Source: an uncultured Candidatus Rokubacteria bacterium
GTDB taxonomy: Bacteria > Methylomirabilota > Methylomirabilia > Rokubacteriales > DASRDR01
NCBI GenBank assembly: GCA_963805625.1
Contig: CAWDVE010000013.1
Span: 480,001 to 544,000 of the forward strand
Length of the DNA: 64,000 bases
Reading direction: 5' to 3'
Position 1 is the stretch's first letter, and each line of letters starts with the position of its first letter. Both the position numbers and the translations under genes were made by a program. The notes below the pieces were generated by a model. That model ran no database searches. It saw nothing but the letters and a program-made list of their open reading frames with translations, and was not told where the DNA came from. This document shows, piece by piece, positions 1 through 9,134 of the stretch.

Positions 1-204
1 GTCTCCTTTGACTTACGCGGGGCGGAGGGGTGTCCGGGGCGGTCGCGGCTCAGTCTCACCTCCCTGGAAGGATCGAGGTACCCGGCGCGCGGGGGACGGG
101 GGGACACGCGGGAACGGATCCGAGCGGCTCGCTCAGCGGCGTGTGAGGACCCAGGATCGAGGCAGAGAGGACACGCTTGAAGACCGGTTGCTGAATTTGC
201 GGGG

Positions 205-233
205 ACGATAGCAAGGGGGTCTGCCGGCGTCAA
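205..233 (-). promoter_or_regulatory. sigma70-type promoter for a gene starting just left of the window
   Basis: Minus strand TTGACG-17 nt-TATCGT with extended TGn; AAAGGAG SD at positions 3-9 on the minus strand; leader about 200 nt. Confidence 0.6.
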
Positions 234-279
234 CTCCAAAAAGCGCCGCCTCTCATTTGGGCTCGCCCCCGGGTGTGTC

Positions 280-1188
280 TCAGGGAAGCCGCTCGACCTG
301 CGCTCCTCGGATGTCGGCGCGCAGGACGTGTCCGCGCCCCACGTGGCCCGCGCTTGCCAGCGCCGCGGTCATGGCCCCGGCGACCCCGTCGCCGCTGCCC
401 GTAAGCGCCAGACCCAGGACGGACGGCCCCGCTCCCGAGAGGGCCGCGCCCAGCGCACCCGCCCCGCGTGCGGCGGCCAGTACCCCGTCGAGCCAGGGGA
501 ACATGGCGCGGCCACGGTATGGCTGGTGCAGCCGATCGCTCATCGCCTGCCCGACCAGGTCCCAGCGACCCTGTGTCCACGCCGCCACCAGGAGAGCCAC
601 GCGCACCACGTTGTAGACCGCGTCCGGCCGCGGGTAGCTCGCTGGCAGCGCCGCTCGAGCCGCCGCCGTGGAGGCCTCGAAGTCCGGGACGAGCACCGCG
701 AACTCGACCTCTTCGGGCACCGGTAGCGACACGATGGCCCGCGTCTCGGCATCCCAGCAGGTCACCGTCACGCCGCCGTGTAGAGAGGCGCCCAGGTTGT
801 CCGGATGACCCTCCTGCCCGACCGCGAGGTCCATCACAGCGTCCCGCCCGAGCGGATCCCCGAGGAGGGCGTTGGCCCCGAGGATGCCGGCGAGCCACGC
901 GCTCCCGCTCGATCCGAGCCCCCGGCCGGGCGGGATGCGGTTCCGCTGGCGGACGGCCAGCCCCCGGAAAGGCTGGCCCGCGGCCTCGTAGACGAGCCGG
1001 GCACCCCGCACCACGACGTTCCGCCCGTCCCGGGGAAGACTCGCCTCGCCCTCGCCCTCGACCAGGACCGTGAGCCCGTCGGCCTCGGCGAGCTCGGCGA
1101 CGTTGTGAAGGGCGAGCGCAACCCCCAGGACGTCGAACCCCGGCCCGAAGTTGGCCGAGCTCGCCGGAACGGTCACGCGGACGCGCAC
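280..1188 (-). CDS. thrB: homoserine kinase
   Basis: VPASSANFGPGFDVLG, GHMP motif IPPGRGLGSS, EGHPDN, LSGAGPS. Confidence 0.95.
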   Translation of the reverse strand: MRVRVTVPASSANFGPGFDVLGVALALHNVAELAEADGLTVLVEGEGEASLPRDGRNVVVRGARLVYEAAGQPFRGLAVRQRNRIPPGRGLGSSGSAWLAGILGANALLGDPLGRDAVMDLAVGQEGHPDNLGASLHGGVTVTCWDAETRAIVSLPVPEEVEFAVLVPDFEASTAAARAALPASYPRPDAVYNVVRVALLVAAWTQGRWDLVGQAMSDRLHQPYRGRAMFPWLDGVLAAARGAGALGAALSGAGPSVLGLALTGSGDGVAGAMTAALASAGHVGRGHVLRADIRGAQVERLP

Positions 1189-1232
1189 GGATCAGGCGCG
1201 CGGGCGGTCGCGACCGGGAAGGCCGGAGCGCC

Positions 1233-1973
1233 CTACAGGCGCTTGAGGAGCCACTGGGGCGTGAGGCTCAGCGCGTACGAGTTGAGGACGATGAAGTAGT
1301 TGGTGGCGACCAGGACGCCGACGACGACGAGGAGGGCGCCCGCAGTCCGCTCGACGACGGGAATCCACGGGCGGAACCGACGGAACGCCGCGAGGAACGC
1401 CCCGAGGGCGACCGACGAGAGGACGAACGGCAGCGCGAGCCCGGCGGAATACGCGACGAGCAGCGCCACTCCGGACGACACCGTCTCCGCCGTCCCGGCC
1501 AGCGAGAGGATGGATCCGAGAATCGGGCCGACGCAGGGCGTCCAGCCGATCGCGAACGTCACGCCGACGAGCCACGACCCGATGAGGCCGGCCGGCTTGG
1601 AGCGGAGCTGGAGCTGCTGGTAGCGCCCCAGGAAGCCGAGCGGGAGCATGCCGGCGACGTAGAGCCCGAAGACAATGATGAGAAGCCCGCCCACGAGGCG
1701 GATCCGCTCGCGGTAGTCGAACAGGAGCTGTCCGAGCGCGCTGAAAGACGCTCCCATGCCGACGAAGACCATGGAGAAGCCAACCACGAAGGCCAGGGAG
1801 TTGGCGAGGATCCACCGGCGGCCCCGCGCGTCCCCGGCCGCCGACTGGAGCTGGTCGATAGACATCCCGGTGATGAAGGAGAGGTACGAAGGAAAGAGTG
1901 GCAGCACGCACGGCGACAGGAAGGAGAACAGCCCTCCCCCGAACGCCACCAGGATTGACAGCTCACCCGCCAT
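1233..1973 (-). CDS. ccdA: cytochrome c biogenesis protein CcdA
   Basis: SFLSPCVLPL and GWTPCVGP motifs; about 6 TM segments. Confidence 0.93.
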   Translation of the reverse strand: MAGELSILVAFGGGLFSFLSPCVLPLFPSYLSFITGMSIDQLQSAAGDARGRRWILANSLAFVVGFSMVFVGMGASFSALGQLLFDYRERIRLVGGLLIIVFGLYVAGMLPLGFLGRYQQLQLRSKPAGLIGSWLVGVTFAIGWTPCVGPILGSILSLAGTAETVSSGVALLVAYSAGLALPFVLSSVALGAFLAAFRRFRPWIPVVERTAGALLVVVGVLVATNYFIVLNSYALSLTPQWLLKRL

Positions 1974-2051
1974 CAGCTGCGCGCCACCGGCCCGCTGGGG
2001 CAGTTGTAACAGACGCCTCGCCGGGGCGCAACGGGCGCGCGGGCCGGCGAG

Positions 2052-2945
2052 TCAGCCCCGCGGGAGCTGGGCGAGCACGGACTTCGGGATCACCAGCCGC
2101 ACGCCCATGATGGGCCGCGGCGAGGTGCCGACGACGAGGTCGCCCACGAGCGACAGGAGCATGTACGCGTCCTCCTCGTCCATCCCGTGGTCCTCGACGA
2201 GGTAGACGACACCCTGCTCGACCGCGTCGCGCGCCGCGGTGTCGAGACCGGGACCGAAGCCGACGATGTGGAGCGCGGTCGGCGTCTCGATGCGGGGCCG
2301 GGCGACGGTCTTCGGCAGCACCCCGAAGCGGAGCCGCGCCGTCGCCGCGCACTCGACCCCGGTTCCGCAGGCGATCCCGTCCGAGATGATCGCGTGCGGG
2401 TCGCCGAGCGCGAACAGGGCGCCCGGGACGAAGACCGGGAGGTACACGCGGTTCCCCGCCGCCACCTCCTTCTGGTCGAGGTCGCCGCCGTGGAAGCCCG
2501 CGATCCCCGCGCGCCCCCCCGCGGCCGGGGTCGTGGAGAAGGTGCCGAAGTTCGGATAGGCGGGAATGCGGAGCCCGTCGAAGAGGACCGCCCCGTCGCG
2601 GATCGGGATGCGCTTGATCCGGGGCGTGGGGAAGCGCTCGGGCAGGAAGCCCGCATTGCGCTGGATGGCGACGAACCCCTCGGCGGCCGCCACGATCTCG
2701 AGAATGTCGATGACGAGTGTCTGCCCCGGCGCGGCACCCTCGATGTAGACGGGCCCCGTGGCTGGCGGCGTCGGGTGCCCCTCCCACTCAGGCGTGAACG
2801 GGTCGGGGACCCGCGCGATGTCGCGCTCGCCTCCGAAGGCGTCCTGGACCTCGATGAGGAGCTCCTCGCCCGGCTTGATCCAGAGCGCCGGCGGGTGCGT
2901 CGGATCGAAGTGGAAGATGGCGTGCTTGGCCGACAGCCGCTTCAT
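2052..2945 (-). CDS. acetamidase/formamidase family protein (divergent)
   Basis: PATGPVYIEGA, GGDLD, YLPVFVPGALFALGDPHA, AYMLLSL. Confidence 0.85.
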   Translation of the reverse strand: MKRLSAKHAIFHFDPTHPPALWIKPGEELLIEVQDAFGGERDIARVPDPFTPEWEGHPTPPATGPVYIEGAAPGQTLVIDILEIVAAAEGFVAIQRNAGFLPERFPTPRIKRIPIRDGAVLFDGLRIPAYPNFGTFSTTPAAGGRAGIAGFHGGDLDQKEVAAGNRVYLPVFVPGALFALGDPHAIISDGIACGTGVECAATARLRFGVLPKTVARPRIETPTALHIVGFGPGLDTAARDAVEQGVVYLVEDHGMDEEDAYMLLSLVGDLVVGTSPRPIMGVRLVIPKSVLAQLPRG

Positions 2946-2996
2946 GGCCGAGCTCCCACGCTCGCGTTCATCCGAGTCCCACCACTCACGCCCTTC

Positions 2997-4343
2997 CTAC
3001 CTGCTCCAGCGGGCGAAGATGCGGCGCATCTCCGCCTCGGCAGCGCGCACGGAAGCCTCGGGAGTCTGCTCGCCGCGCGCGGCGCGCGCGAACATCGCGG
3101 GAATGACCCCGCGCTGCAACGTCTCGTCGATGGCCGGCGTGACGGGGCCCGGATGCCCCGGCAGGGCGCTCCAGCGGTCGGCCTCGGCGAGAAGCGCGTA
3201 GCGGTCGGCGGGCTGGGCGGGCACGCCCTTCCGGGCCGGGACGGCCTTCACGCGGCCGAGCTTCCGCCGGAGGTCGTGCACCGCCCGGGGGAAGCACGGA
3301 AGATTGTAGAACTCGCTGGCGCGGAACCCCTCGTCGGAGGCGGCCAGGAGGTCGACCAGGAAGCGCTTGGCCAGCTCGATCCTGTCGGAGAACTTCCAGA
3401 TCACGTAGCAGTGGAGCACGTTCGCCGGCGCCAGACGCCCGGCAGGCCCGGCGGCAGGGGGCGCGAGGACCACCTGCTGGGCGAGCAGGGGGTTGCTCTT
3501 CTCCATGCTCCGGATGGCCGAGATCGGGTTCTGGATGATCGAGGCCTGGCCCCACACGAATGCGCGATTGTTCGAGGCCGCGTCCCACATGAACACGTCC
3601 GAGGTCATGGACTCTCGGTAGATGGTCGCCATCAGCTTGACCGCCTCGATGGTCGCCGGAGAGTTGATGGCGACCTGGCCCGCCTCGTCCTGCTCGGCGG
3701 CGCCGAACGCCCAGAGGAGACCGCGGAGGGTCATGTTGCTGTCGGGCTCGGGCGCGAGGCCGAACCCGGCCGGGACCCCGCGCTTCTCCCGGATCTTGCG
3801 CGCGCCCTCACGAACGAGCTCCCAGGTATCCGGCTTGGTCCCGGCCTCTCCCCAGAGATCGCTCCGGTAGTGGAGCGGCGCAGCGGCCCAGCTCTCCGGC
3901 AGGGCGAAATGCTGCTTGGTCCTGGGGCTGAACGTGCCCTTCTGGACGAAGGCCGGGAGGTGCCCGAACCGGCGCTCGCACTCCGTCACGACGTCGGTCA
4001 AGGGTGTCACGTGCGGCTCGTACCCGACCGGCGACTCGGGGAACGCGAAGAGGTCATGCCCCTGCTGCGTCGCAACCTCGGTGTCGGCGCGCACACGGAG
4101 CTCGCTCAGCGAGAGATGGTCGATCTCGACGGTGACGCCGTTTCGCTGGCCCCACTCGCGGGCGAACTTCCGGTCGAACCAGTCGTCGTAGGCAGGGACG
4201 AAGTGCACCCACTGGGCGATACGGAGGACCGGCTGTGCCGCCGGGGATCGCCGTGGGAAGGCGACGGGCAGGCCGCCGGCCGCGATCGCGGTCGCCGCGC
4301 CGGCCAAGAGAGCGCGCCTGCTGGGACCCGTAGAACGCGGCAC
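2997..4343 (-). CDS. Tat-exported ABC sugar-type solute-binding protein
   Basis: SRRALL twin-arginine signal; QWVHFVPAYDDWF, DSN, WDAASNN shared with the neighbouring SBP. Confidence 0.85.
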   Translation of the reverse strand: MPRSTGPSRRALLAGAATAIAAGGLPVAFPRRSPAAQPVLRIAQWVHFVPAYDDWFDRKFAREWGQRNGVTVEIDHLSLSELRVRADTEVATQQGHDLFAFPESPVGYEPHVTPLTDVVTECERRFGHLPAFVQKGTFSPRTKQHFALPESWAAAPLHYRSDLWGEAGTKPDTWELVREGARKIREKRGVPAGFGLAPEPDSNMTLRGLLWAFGAAEQDEAGQVAINSPATIEAVKLMATIYRESMTSDVFMWDAASNNRAFVWGQASIIQNPISAIRSMEKSNPLLAQQVVLAPPAAGPAGRLAPANVLHCYVIWKFSDRIELAKRFLVDLLAASDEGFRASEFYNLPCFPRAVHDLRRKLGRVKAVPARKGVPAQPADRYALLAEADRWSALPGHPGPVTPAIDETLQRGVIPAMFARAARGEQTPEASVRAAEAEMRRIFARWSR

Positions 4344-4372
4344 GGTCGATGTCCTCCCGTCGAACGCTGGGG

Positions 4373-4402
4373 TATTTAGCCTCCGGGCCCCCGCTCTGTC
4401 AA
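4373..4402 (-). promoter_or_regulatory. possible sigma70 promoter of the left SBP
   Basis: Minus strand TTGACA-18 nt-TAAATA. Confidence 0.35.
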
Positions 4403-4599
4403 GGCGTGATCGTCGGTTTGACGGGATAGGCGGCGGACGCCTCGAGATCCAGCGGACCCAAGGGCGGCCCGCCGGATGCCCCGGGCACCGTGATATCCTT
4501 TACGACATTCGAAGACTGCCGTCGTGAGCCCCAACGTGGGGCCCAACATGGCGCGCCGCCGTCATGGTGTGGAGCCGAAGCTCCAAGAGGAGGGGCAGC

Positions 4600-6015
4600 A
4601 TGCAGACTCGTCGCCAGTTCATGATCCGGGGAGGCAAGCTGGTCGCTGCGGCCACCGCAGCCACCGCCGTCGGACCGACGGTGTTCACGCGCGACGTGCG
4701 CGCCGCCTCCACGCTCAAGATCCTCCAGTGGAGCCACTTCGTGCCGGCCTACGACGCCTGGTTCGACCCGTGGGCCAAGAAGTGGGGCGCGACCAAAGGG
4801 ATCGAGGTGACGGTCGATCACGTCGGGTTCGCGGACGTCGTGCCGCGGGCGACCGCGGACGTCGCCGCCCAGTCCGGTCACGACATCCACATGTTCATCG
4901 GCCTCGGCAGCGCCTTCGAGGAGCATGTGATCGACCTCACGGACGTCCAGACCACGCTCGAGAAGAAGTACGGGCCCCAGATCGAGCTGGCCAAGAAGAG
5001 CACGTACAACCCGCACACCAAGAAGCAGTTCGCCCTCTCCGACATGTGGGTGCCCGATCCAGGGGACTACCTCAAGTCCCACTGGACCGAGTTCGGCATG
5101 CCCGAGGGGCCGGTGACCTGGGAGGATCTCGTCAAGGCGGCGCCGGAGATCAAGAAGCGGCACCCCGAGATTCAGATTCCGATCGGAATCGGGCTCTCGC
5201 AGGACATCGACTCGAACATGGCGGTTCGCAACATACTCTGGTGCCACGGGGGCTCCATCCAGGACAAGGACGCGAACGTCGTGCTCAACTCCCCGGAGAC
5301 CCTGGCCGCGCTCGAGTACGCGAAACGCCTGTACTCGGTGGGCATGACGCAGGCCGTGCTGAGCTGGAACGCAGCGTCGAACAACCAGGCGCTGATCGCG
5401 AAGGAGACGACGTACATCCTGAACTCGATCTCTGCTTACCGGACCGCCCAGGACAACAAGCTGCCAGTGGCGGATGACATCTACTTCACAAGAACCCTGA
5501 AGGGCCCAACGGGGATCCAGCTCGGTTCCGAGCACGTCATGTCGGGCTACGCCATCTGGAAGTTCTCCAAGAACCAGGATGCGGCCAAGGAGTTCCTGGT
5601 CGCGCTGGTCGACGCCTCCCGCGAGTCCACGATGTCGAGCAAGCTCTACAACTTCCCGTCCTTCTACGGCGCGGTCGCCGAGCCCAACACCCCGATGAAC
5701 AAGAAGATCGAGTCGGGGGCGGCCTGGCTCGTGAAGCAGTGCCAGGCGGATCCGTTCGGCTCCAAGCCTATCGACAAACTGGCCTTGCTCACGTCCTTCG
5801 ACCGGACGTCCACCAACCTGGGGTACCCGGGCTACGGGAACCCGGCCGAGGGCGAGATCTTCGACACCTACGTGCTCACCGACATGTTCGCCAAGGCGGC
5901 GACCGGTGTCCTATCTCCAAAGGACGCGATGGCCGAGGGGAACACGCGGGCGAAGGAGATCTTCAACAAGTGGCGCAAGAAGGGCTTCGTGGCTGGCGGA
6001 GCGAAGGACAAGTAG
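4600..6015 (+). CDS. Tat-exported ABC sugar-type solute-binding protein
   Basis: GAGGAGG SD before ATG 4600; TRRQF signal; QWSHFVPAYDAWF; followed by two permeases. Confidence 0.9.
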   Translation: MQTRRQFMIRGGKLVAAATAATAVGPTVFTRDVRAASTLKILQWSHFVPAYDAWFDPWAKKWGATKGIEVTVDHVGFADVVPRATADVAAQSGHDIHMFIGLGSAFEEHVIDLTDVQTTLEKKYGPQIELAKKSTYNPHTKKQFALSDMWVPDPGDYLKSHWTEFGMPEGPVTWEDLVKAAPEIKKRHPEIQIPIGIGLSQDIDSNMAVRNILWCHGGSIQDKDANVVLNSPETLAALEYAKRLYSVGMTQAVLSWNAASNNQALIAKETTYILNSISAYRTAQDNKLPVADDIYFTRTLKGPTGIQLGSEHVMSGYAIWKFSKNQDAAKEFLVALVDASRESTMSSKLYNFPSFYGAVAEPNTPMNKKIESGAAWLVKQCQADPFGSKPIDKLALLTSFDRTSTNLGYPGYGNPAEGEIFDTYVLTDMFAKAATGVLSPKDAMAEGNTRAKEIFNKWRKKGFVAGGAKDK

Positions 6016-6041
6016 CTCCCCCGATTGCGCTCGAGGATTGG

Positions 6042-6073
6042 AAACCGGCGGCCAGACACCTGGCCGCCGGTTT
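6042..6073 (+). terminator. strong stem-loop between SBP and permease (attenuating or mRNA-stabilising)
   Basis: AAACCGGCGGCCAG-acac-CTGGCCGCCGGTTT, perfect 14-bp stem. Confidence 0.7.
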
Positions 6074-6090
6074 GCCATTGACAGGATGCG

Positions 6091-7026
6091 ATGGCCGTCG
6101 CTGAGCCGGTAGCTCTCGCGCCAACCGCGAGGTCGCTCGGAAGCCTGAGCCGCCTGGATCGGACGCTCGGGGCCGTGATGCTGGCCCCGGCCTTGATCTA
6201 CATTGCGGCGCTCGTCGGGCTGCCTTTCCTGCTCGCGGTGTTCCTGAGCCTGACCAACTCGTCGGCGGGCAGCCTGGACTTCTCCTTCGTCGGGTTCCAG
6301 AACTTCGCGAGCGTCATCCGGAACCCCGTGTTCCAGCGATCCCTCAAGAACACGTTCATCTTCACTTTCGTCTCGCAGCTGACCGTGATCGTCTGCGGCA
6401 ACATCCTCGCCCGCGCCCTGATGAAGCGCTTCCCCGGCAGGGCGCTCGTGCGCTTCATCATCCTGATGCCCTGGGCGGCACCGGTGTCCCTCGCGACCCT
6501 GGGCTGGCTCTGGATCTTCGACTCCACCTTCAGCGTGATCAACTGGATGCTCAAGGTCGTCGGCTGGCTGGGTCCAGGGCAATGGTACTACTGGCTCGGC
6601 GACACGACCCTCGGGATGGTCGCGATCATTACGATCCATGTCTGGCGGATGCTGCCGTTCTCGACGGTGATCCTGCTCGCGGGCCTCGGCTCCATACCGC
6701 CAGAGGTTCACGAGGCGGCCGACATCGACGGCGCCGGACCGCTCGCCAAGACCTTCCGGGTGACGCTACCCATGATGCTCCCGATCCTGACCGTCGCCCT
6801 TCTGTTCGGTGTCGTCTTCACGTTCACCGACATGAGCGTGGTCTACCTCCTGACCCGCGGCGGTCCTTATAACAGCACGCACGTGCTCGCCAGCCTCGCC
6901 TTCCAGGATGGTGTCCTGGGGTCCGACGTCGGCCGGGGCGCCGCCATCGCCATCTTCCTCCTGCCCATGCTCGTGGTCATGGCGGTACTGATGCTCCGCG
7001 TGTCACGGCGGGCGGAGGTGAGCTGA
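6091..7026 (+). CDS. carbohydrate ABC permease (MalF-like)
   Basis: TM helices; EAA loop EVHEAADIDGA; LLTRGGP. Confidence 0.92.
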   Translation: MAVAEPVALAPTARSLGSLSRLDRTLGAVMLAPALIYIAALVGLPFLLAVFLSLTNSSAGSLDFSFVGFQNFASVIRNPVFQRSLKNTFIFTFVSQLTVIVCGNILARALMKRFPGRALVRFIILMPWAAPVSLATLGWLWIFDSTFSVINWMLKVVGWLGPGQWYYWLGDTTLGMVAIITIHVWRMLPFSTVILLAGLGSIPPEVHEAADIDGAGPLAKTFRVTLPMMLPILTVALLFGVVFTFTDMSVVYLLTRGGPYNSTHVLASLAFQDGVLGSDVGRGAAIAIFLLPMLVVMAVLMLRVSRRAEVS

Positions 7027-7027
7027 G

Positions 7028-7888
7028 GTGGCCCGCCAGGGCCGGCGAAAGCTGCTGGCCCTCGTCGGCCACCGGGCCCTCGTTCTCTTGTTCACCCTGT
7101 TTGCGGCGTTCCCCTTCTACTGGATGTTCGTGACCAGCTTCAAGCAGAACAGCGACCTCTACGTCGGTGCCACCAACACGGCCCACAATCCGTTCATCTT
7201 CAACGCACCCCCGACCCTCGAGCACCTCCAGATCCTATTCCAGCGGACGCTCTACCCCGTCTGGCTCATCAACACTCTCTTCGTGGGCGTGGTCGTCGTC
7301 GCCATCACGCTCGTGCTGACGGTACCCGCTGGCTACAGCCTTGCCCGGCTCACGGGACAATGGGGGGAGCGGCTCAGCATTGGCATCTTTCTCACTTATC
7401 TCGTGCCGTCCACGCTCCTCTTCATCCCGTTCTCGCGCCTGGTCTCGGTCCTGGGCCTTCAGAACAGCCTGTGGTCTCTTGTCCTCGTCTATCCGACGTT
7501 CACGGTCCCCTTCTGCACATGGCTTCTCATGGGCTTCTTCAAGTCGCTGCCGAAGGAAATCGAGGAATCGGCCATGGTGGACGGCTGCAGCCGGGTGGGG
7601 GCGATCTGCCGGATCGTGCTGCCGCTCTCGGTGCCCGGTCTCCTGACCGTCGTGATCTTCGCCCTGACTCTCGTGTTCCAGGAGTTCGTGTACAGCCTGA
7701 CCTTCATCTCCTCCGTCCAGCGAATGACGGTCAGCGTCGGGGTGCCGGTCGCGCTGATCCGCGGCGACGTCTACTACTGGGGGTCCCTGATGGCGGCCTG
7801 CCTCATCACCAGCGTGCCGATCGCCATCCTCTACAACTTCTTCCTCGACCGCTTCATCGCCGGCTTCACGGTGGGAGCGGTGAAGTGA
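7028..7888 (+). CDS. carbohydrate ABC permease (MalG-like)
   Basis: EIEESAMVDGC EAA loop; WGSLMAA. Confidence 0.92.
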   Translation: MARQGRRKLLALVGHRALVLLFTLFAAFPFYWMFVTSFKQNSDLYVGATNTAHNPFIFNAPPTLEHLQILFQRTLYPVWLINTLFVGVVVVAITLVLTVPAGYSLARLTGQWGERLSIGIFLTYLVPSTLLFIPFSRLVSVLGLQNSLWSLVLVYPTFTVPFCTWLLMGFFKSLPKEIEESAMVDGCSRVGAICRIVLPLSVPGLLTVVIFALTLVFQEFVYSLTFISSVQRMTVSVGVPVALIRGDVYYWGSLMAACLITSVPIAILYNFFLDRFIAGFTVGAVK

Positions 7889-7904
7889 GAGGCCCCGCCC
7901 GCCC

Positions 7905-8030
7905 CTCCGCCGCCCGGTGAGTCCACGTCTTGCCGGCGTTCGACGAGTGGGGCCACCGGACGTTCGCCAAGGCGTGAGCCTGGCTGGTGGTCTAGCCGCG
8001 AAATCGGTGTTCGACTAGCGCTACGCCTCG
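7905..8030 (+). pseudogene. decayed remnant of a third SBP paralog (N-terminal motif)
   Basis: Translates *VHVLPAFDEWGHRTFAKA*, versus WVHFVPAYDDWFDRKFAREW in the 2997-4343 SBP. Confidence 0.6.
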
Positions 8031-8163
8031 ACCCCGAGGACGGGCTCCGTCGTGATGCCCCCCAGCCGCGAAGCGTCCGCGCCACCGGGTAGCGGCCCTG
8101 GTCGGCGCCGTGCGCTCGCTCCGCCGCCTCGCGCTGCTCCGCGCACAGCTTGACGCGTGTCTC

Positions 8164-9036
8164 CTACGACTCCGGCGCCACAGACATGCGATAGATGGCG
8201 GTGTGGCGGATGCGAGCGATGGGACGGGTGCCGCCAGCGACGATCAGGAGATCGAGGTCGACCCAGCCACGCCCCTTCCGCTCGTAGAGCTGGGCGACGT
8301 GACCCCGGGTCTCGAGCCGGTCCCGCGCCCGCGCCAGATCGCAGTGCGCCACGTCGCTCGAGACGTGGATCCAGGGGCCGAGGGCCACGTTCTCTGAGAG
8401 CGCCCGATTCGCCTGGCGGAGGAGGAGGCCCGGATGGGCGATCGCCTCGGGGCCACGATAGCTCGGCGACGGATCATCGAGATCCGCCGCAGCCCGGGCG
8501 AGCACCGTCGTGTCCAGGAGCAGCGCCGGAGCGCCGAGCGGATCGAGGCGGGCGAGCGTCGCCGCGGTCGCCGGTGGAGGCGATGCCGGGAGCGGCGCCG
8601 CCGGGTATCCACGAGGATCGGCCGCGATGACAGGTCCGCCCCATGCCAGGCCCGCGGTCAGGCTCGCAGCAACGTCACCACGAGGGCCGCGCGCCTCGAT
8701 CTCGGCGACGACTTCCCCCGCTTCCCCTCGCCCGGATCGTCCGACGATCCGTCCCGAGAGCGCCAGGAGGTCGCCGTCGTAGACGGGTCGCGCGAACCGA
8801 ACCGTGGCCGTCCCCCGCCGGAGCCAGTCGACACCGAACGTCTCGACGACGACCCGCGCGAGGTATCCATAGATCGTGACGCCGGCGACGAGCGCGCCCG
8901 CGTACCCGTGCTGCCGAGCCACGGCGTCGTCATGGATGCGGTTGGCCGCGTCGCGGAAGAGGTTACGCGCGTGTACGCCGCGCTCGGGCAACGCCGCGCC
9001 GGGCACGAGCTCGTGCGACACCGCCTCGCCCGTCAC
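8164..9036 (-). CDS. double hot-dog fold (MaoC-like) protein
   Basis: NRIHDD...GALVAG hydratase-like motif, VRFARPVYDGD; GTG 9036 lies 7 nt after a -10 box, and the ORF-track start at 9072 coincides with the -35 box. Confidence 0.7.
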   Translation of the reverse strand: MTGEAVSHELVPGAALPERGVHARNLFRDAANRIHDDAVARQHGYAGALVAGVTIYGYLARVVVETFGVDWLRRGTATVRFARPVYDGDLLALSGRIVGRSGRGEAGEVVAEIEARGPRGDVAASLTAGLAWGGPVIAADPRGYPAAPLPASPPPATAATLARLDPLGAPALLLDTTVLARAAADLDDPSPSYRGPEAIAHPGLLLRQANRALSENVALGPWIHVSSDVAHCDLARARDRLETRGHVAQLYERKGRGWVDLDLLIVAGGTRPIARIRHTAIYRMSVAPES

Positions 9037-9043
9037 GAGGCGG

Positions 9044-9072
9044 ACTCTATGCTCGCGGATGGCCCGCGTCAA
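9044..9072 (-). promoter_or_regulatory. sigma70 promoter, leaderless MaoC-like transcript
   Basis: TTGACG-17-TAGAGT-7-GTG. Confidence 0.6.
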
Positions 9073-9099
9073 CGCGCAGCGGCAACGAGCGCCGCCTGC

Positions 9100-9128
9100 T
9101 TGACCCTCCCCGGGGGGCGGGCTAACGT
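9100..9128 (+). promoter_or_regulatory. sigma70 promoter, leaderless kinase-pdxA2 operon
   Basis: TTGACC-17-TAACGT-6-ATG. Confidence 0.6.
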
Positions 9129-9134
9129 GGCGCC

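Noticed and set aside
7918-7977. UGA-to-Trp recoding
   Set aside because: TGA terminates many intact genes in the window, and the fragment is otherwise decayed
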